DNA from: an uncultured Actinomycetes bacterium
GTDB taxonomy: Bacteria > Chloroflexota > Dormibacteria > Dormibacterales > Dormibacteraceae
Reading direction: 5' to 3'
Length of the DNA stretch: 64,000 nucleotides
Assembly: GCA_964640005.1 (NCBI GenBank)
Contig: CAZXGB010000001.1
Location: 103,456 to 167,455, forward strand
The notes beneath the pieces are model-generated. The model was not told the origin of the DNA. It made no database searches and saw only the letters and a program-made list of their open reading frames with translations. Position numbers and translations under genes: made by a program. Positions 61,025 through 64,000 of the stretch are shown in pieces. The number at the start of each line of letters is the position of its first letter. The stretch's first letter is position 1.

Positions 61025-62332
61025 ATGCGGATGACAGGGAACTGGCGTAAGTTGCTGGCCATCGGGGGCGGCGCCGCGTCGGCGGCGGCACTGATGGTGG
61101 GCGCAACGCTCGTCTATGCGGGGCCCAACGGCACAGGTGGCGGGCCCACCGCCGAGAAGATCCTCGGCAGCGGTTCGGACACCGACCAGATCGCGATGAT
61201 GCACCTGGACGGGCTCTACATGGTCTCCGAGGGCTGCGCGAAGTTCACGAGCACCTCGAAGCCGCTCGACTTCAGCTGTATAGCGCCGGACCCGGCCGGC
61301 ACCATCACCACCGAGAACTACGAGCACGACCAACTGTCGGAGGCCGACTTCCTCGGCTCCTCGATCGGTATCAAGCAGCTCTGCACGCAGGGCGTCGCCG
61401 GCACCGCCTACATCGACTTCGCCCGTTCCTCGCGCGCCCCGAAGGCCGGTGACTGCACGGGTCTCCACTTCGTCGCGTACGCGCGCGACGGGATCTCGCT
61501 CGAGGCCCACTCGGACGGGACCGTGAACAGCGGCATCTTCAACATGGCCAACACCGACCCGCTCTGCACGGGCCTCGGCTACTGCCTGACGCAGACCCAG
61601 GTCAAGGGCATCTACGCGAACTGCACGATCACCAACTGGAGCCAGGTCGGCGGCCAGAACCTGACCATCCAGATCTACACGCCGCAGTCCGGTTCGGGCA
61701 CTCGCGCACAATTCGAGACGTTCCTGGGCATCGCCGACTCGTCGGTCTGCATCACCGCGGACGGACAGCCCTCCTCGCACTTCAACGTTCCCGAGAACCA
61801 GAACACCGGCATCGCGTCCACCGACACCAACACGTTCATCTTCCCGTTCTCGTACGCGATCTTCCACACGGAGGTCGGGACCGGCGGCGGTTACTCGCTC
61901 GCCGCGATCGACGGAGTCGCGCCGAGCTCCTCGACGATCGGCTGCATCACCGGTGTGGGCTGCACGATCTTCCCCTACAGCCGTTACATCTACAACGTGG
62001 TGTGCACCGCGGTCACCGCGCCTCCGGCCGCGCCGGCCTGCGGCAACGCTCCGGGCCACCTCGTCACCACCAAGACCGCCGACTACGTCGGTGAGGAGGG
62101 CTGGATCTGCAAGCCCGGCGCCAACGAGAACGCGGCCTGGGTCGGCAACCAGAACGTGCCGGCGCTGGACACTCGATCCCAGTCGCCGCACAGCACGAGC
62201 CCGCACTACGGCGCCAACTGGGCGACGCTCATCTCGAAGAAGATCACGGCCCGCGGATTCGCGCCGCTGGCGATCGACATCATAGGCGGCGGCAACACCA
62301 ACAGCGACCACTGCCGCCTGACCACGACCTAG
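61025..62332 (+). CDS. Secreted Cys-rich PstS-like (PBP_like_2) domain protein
   Basis: ATG 61025 lies 6 nt after GGAGG (61014-61018). Signal LLAIGGGAASAAALMVGATLVYA. Motifs ILGSGSDT, DFARSSR, QSGSGTRAQFETFLG. There are many paired Cys residues. Confidence 0.7.
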   Translation: MRMTGNWRKLLAIGGGAASAAALMVGATLVYAGPNGTGGGPTAEKILGSGSDTDQIAMMHLDGLYMVSEGCAKFTSTSKPLDFSCIAPDPAGTITTENYEHDQLSEADFLGSSIGIKQLCTQGVAGTAYIDFARSSRAPKAGDCTGLHFVAYARDGISLEAHSDGTVNSGIFNMANTDPLCTGLGYCLTQTQVKGIYANCTITNWSQVGGQNLTIQIYTPQSGSGTRAQFETFLGIADSSVCITADGQPSSHFNVPENQNTGIASTDTNTFIFPFSYAIFHTEVGTGGGYSLAAIDGVAPSSSTIGCITGVGCTIFPYSRYIYNVVCTAVTAPPAAPACGNAPGHLVTTKTADYVGEEGWICKPGANENAAWVGNQNVPALDTRSQSPHSTSPHYGANWATLISKKITARGFAPLAIDIIGGGNTNSDHCRLTTT

Positions 62333-62356
62333 TTCGGTTCGACAGGCAGCGACTCG

Positions 62357-62381
62357 GAGGGGCCCCGGCCCGGGGCCCCTC
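62357..62381 (+). terminator. GC-rich hairpin downstream of 61025-62332
   Basis: gaggggccccgg (62357-62368) is complementary to ccggggcccctc (70-81), followed by ttccagaaaaaag. There is no real U-tract. Confidence 0.45.
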
Positions 62382-62415
62382 TTCCAGAAAAAAGATGCGG
62401 AAGGAGATGAGGTCA

Positions 62416-63204
62416 ATGCGAGGTAGGTTCCTGGTCGGGCTGGCCGTGGTGGTCACGGCCCTCGGCCTCAGCGCGGTCCCGGCCGGGGCGAACAGCTCCG
62501 GCGGAGGCGGCACGTTCCACTGCGACCAGACGGTCAACGGCGGCACCATCAGCCAGAACATCACGGTGCCGAACAACGCGACGTGCATCCTGAACAACGT
62601 GACCGTCACCGGAAACGTGAACGCCAACACCAACTCTTACTTCGAAGCCAATGGGTCCACGATCCACGGCAACATCAACGGATACCAGTCCCTGACCCTG
62701 TACGTCTGGGGCAACTCCGTGGTCGACGGCACGGTCTCGGGCAGCTACACGCCGCAGGTGTTCGTCTACGACAGCACCGTCGGCAAGAACATCGGAGCGT
62801 TCAACGCTTCCGCCCCGGGATACGGCCACTTCCAGGTCTGCGGCACCACCGTGGGCAGGGAGATCGGCGCCGCCTTCATGGGCCCGGACATCCTGATCGG
62901 CGACCCGGCCGCGGGATGCGCCGGCAACACCACGCAGACCAACGACATCCTGGTGGCCTACAACAAGGCTGACAGCGAGGTCCATGTCATCGGCAACACC
63001 GCTGTCGCGGGCGACATCAACATCTACAACAACACCGGCGTGGGCGACTTCCAGATTCACGCCAACAACGCTCCGTACGGCGACATCTTCTGCAGCGGCA
63101 ACACCGGCTCGACGTTCAGCGGCACCGGCAACGGTACGGTGGGCGACGCGGCCGGCGGCCAGTGCACGGCCACGAAGATCACCGGGATGGACGCGGACGA
63201 GTAG
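62416..63204 (+). CDS. Secreted beta-helix-like repeat protein (paralogue 2)
   Basis: ATG 62416 lies 9 nt after AAGGAG (62401-62406); ATG 62395 and 62407 are in frame. Signal FLVGLAVVVTALGLSAVPAGA. It shares the core ASAPGYGHFQVCGTTVG...GPDILIGDPAAGCAGN. Confidence 0.65.
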   Translation: MRGRFLVGLAVVVTALGLSAVPAGANSSGGGGTFHCDQTVNGGTISQNITVPNNATCILNNVTVTGNVNANTNSYFEANGSTIHGNINGYQSLTLYVWGNSVVDGTVSGSYTPQVFVYDSTVGKNIGAFNASAPGYGHFQVCGTTVGREIGAAFMGPDILIGDPAAGCAGNTTQTNDILVAYNKADSEVHVIGNTAVAGDINIYNNTGVGDFQIHANNAPYGDIFCSGNTGSTFSGTGNGTVGDAAGGQCTATKITGMDADE

Positions 63205-63240
63205 ACCGAACGAGCGATTGATTCGAACGTATCCCCCTCT

Positions 63241-63268
63241 GGAGGCCCGGTGCCGGCACCGGGCCTCC
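63241..63268 (+). terminator. Perfect 28-nt palindrome downstream of 62416-63204
   Basis: ggaggcccggtg ccgg caccgggcctcc, with a 12-bp stem. No U-tract. Confidence 0.45.
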
Positions 63269-63313
63269 GCACTTCGTATACCGGCGATTGACCACCAAGG
63301 AGGTCGTTTGCTC

Positions 63314-64000
63314 GTGAAGCGTTGGGGTGGGGCAGCCTTGATCGGCCTTGCGCTCGCGGCGCTGGCCGCGTGCAGCGGCGGCGGTGATTCCGGCTCGAGC
63401 CAGGGTCAGCTCGTCGGGGCGTCCGGCGACGGGTCGGTGGAGGCCGCGCAGCAGGGCGAACAGCTCAGCCAGGCGGCGGCGGCCACCCTGGAGAAGAAGC
63501 TTCAGGCGACGCCCGGCGATCTCACCAGCCGGGAGCAGCTCGTGGGCTTTTACTTCGTGAGCCAGGCGCTGCTCCCGGAGCAGGAGGACAAGGCGATCGA
63601 CCCCCACGCGCCCGTCATGGCGCGCGATCGTCACCTGCTGTGGCTGATCCAGAACGCTCCCGCGCTCGAGCTGCTGGGCACGAGTCCGGTGGGCGTCGTC
63701 GCGCCGGCTCCCGACCCGCCCGGCTACGCGGCGGCCAGGGCCGAATGGTCGAGCAAGGTGGCCGGCCCGGCGCCGCCTCAGGTCAGGGGCAACGCCGGCA
63801 TCTTCTTCGCCCAGACGCAGGACCCGCGAGCTGCCGCCTTGCTGGAGGCGGCCGAGGCGGGGGATCCTCAGAACGCGGCATGGCCCGCCGCCCTCGGCGA
63901 GCTCGACGCCCGCCTGGCCAGGAGCGCCGCGGGCTCCCCGGCCTCGCGGCAGGACGCGGCGGCGGCGGTGCGAGAGCTGGAGAGCGCGTGGAGGCTCAGC
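63314..64000 (+). CDS. Hypothetical lipoprotein (helical-repeat-like), 3' end outside the window
   Basis: This ORF is not in the ORF track because it has no stop. GTG 63314 (or TTG 63308) follows AAGGAGG (63297-63303). Lipobox LALAALAAC. My own translation finds the frame open to base 64000. Confidence 0.6.
   Translation, partial: MKRWGGAALIGLALAALAACSGGGDSGSSQGQLVGASGDGSVEAAQQGEQLSQAAAATLEKKLQATPGDLTSREQLVGFYFVSQALLPEQEDKAIDPHAPVMARDRHLLWLIQNAPALELLGTSPVGVVAPAPDPPGYAAARAEWSSKVAGPAPPQVRGNAGIFFAQTQDPRAAALLEAAEAGDPQNAAWPAALGELDARLARSAAGSPASRQDAAAAVRELESAWRLS

Noticed and set aside
1-64000. Search for tRNA, rRNA, CRISPR, integrase/transposase, toxin-antitoxin or known phage-defence genes.
   Set aside because: None of the intergenic regions shows tRNA-like T-loop/anticodon architecture. 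No translated ORF shows recombinase, nuclease/helicase defence or TA signatures.

Overview
GC-rich bacterial chromosomal segment with strong G/C bias at third codon positions. It looks Actinomycetota-like or from a related Terrabacteria lineage, but that is inference only. I saw no rRNA, tRNA, CRISPR array, transposase, integrase or prophage genes. The many long Arg/Gly/Pro-rich ORFs antisense to well-supported genes are shadow ORFs. Contents in order: (1) 1-1364, tail of a GT4 glycosyltransferase and a SAM methyltransferase. (2) 1424-21420, a secreted-glycanase and adhesin island. It holds three paralogous clan GH-A hydrolase genes, two of them also carrying a GH5 cellulase-type domain, a 2050-aa protein with 14 tandem PKD repeats, and an Ig-repeat protein. 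These are interrupted by a regulatory islet with three NarL/LuxR response regulators (one lacking the phospho-acceptor Asp), one sensor-less HisKA_3 kinase and a small membrane protein. (3) 21739-25833, a minus-strand operon encoding an M20D amidohydrolase, a CheY-like regulator, an O-antigen-ligase-like/TPR membrane protein and a lipoprotein. (4) 25958-50234, two convergent, translationally coupled operons of about 24 kb that I read as an undescribed acylated (possibly sulfated or phosphorylated) glycoconjugate or glycolipid assembly and export system. Its parts are a GH-GT2-membrane fusion and an ABC exporter fused to a DUF4388-like domain and a GT-B-like domain. It also has four paralogues of that GT-B-like family, GT2 x3, GT4 and a GT-C. 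The rest are an APH-type kinase, an AlkP-superfamily enzyme, a sulfotransferase and a fatty-acyl-AMP ligase + ACP + fused tandem alpha/beta-hydrolase module. (5) 50384-57776, pstCAB followed by two atypical anchored PstS-family proteins and a sortase homologue in which both catalytic residues are substituted. (6) 57797-64000, lipoproteins, an SGNH-like/GSCFA pair, and a third PstS-like protein flanked by two paralogous beta-helix-like secreted proteins. All functional calls come from motif reading of the translations. No database search was run.
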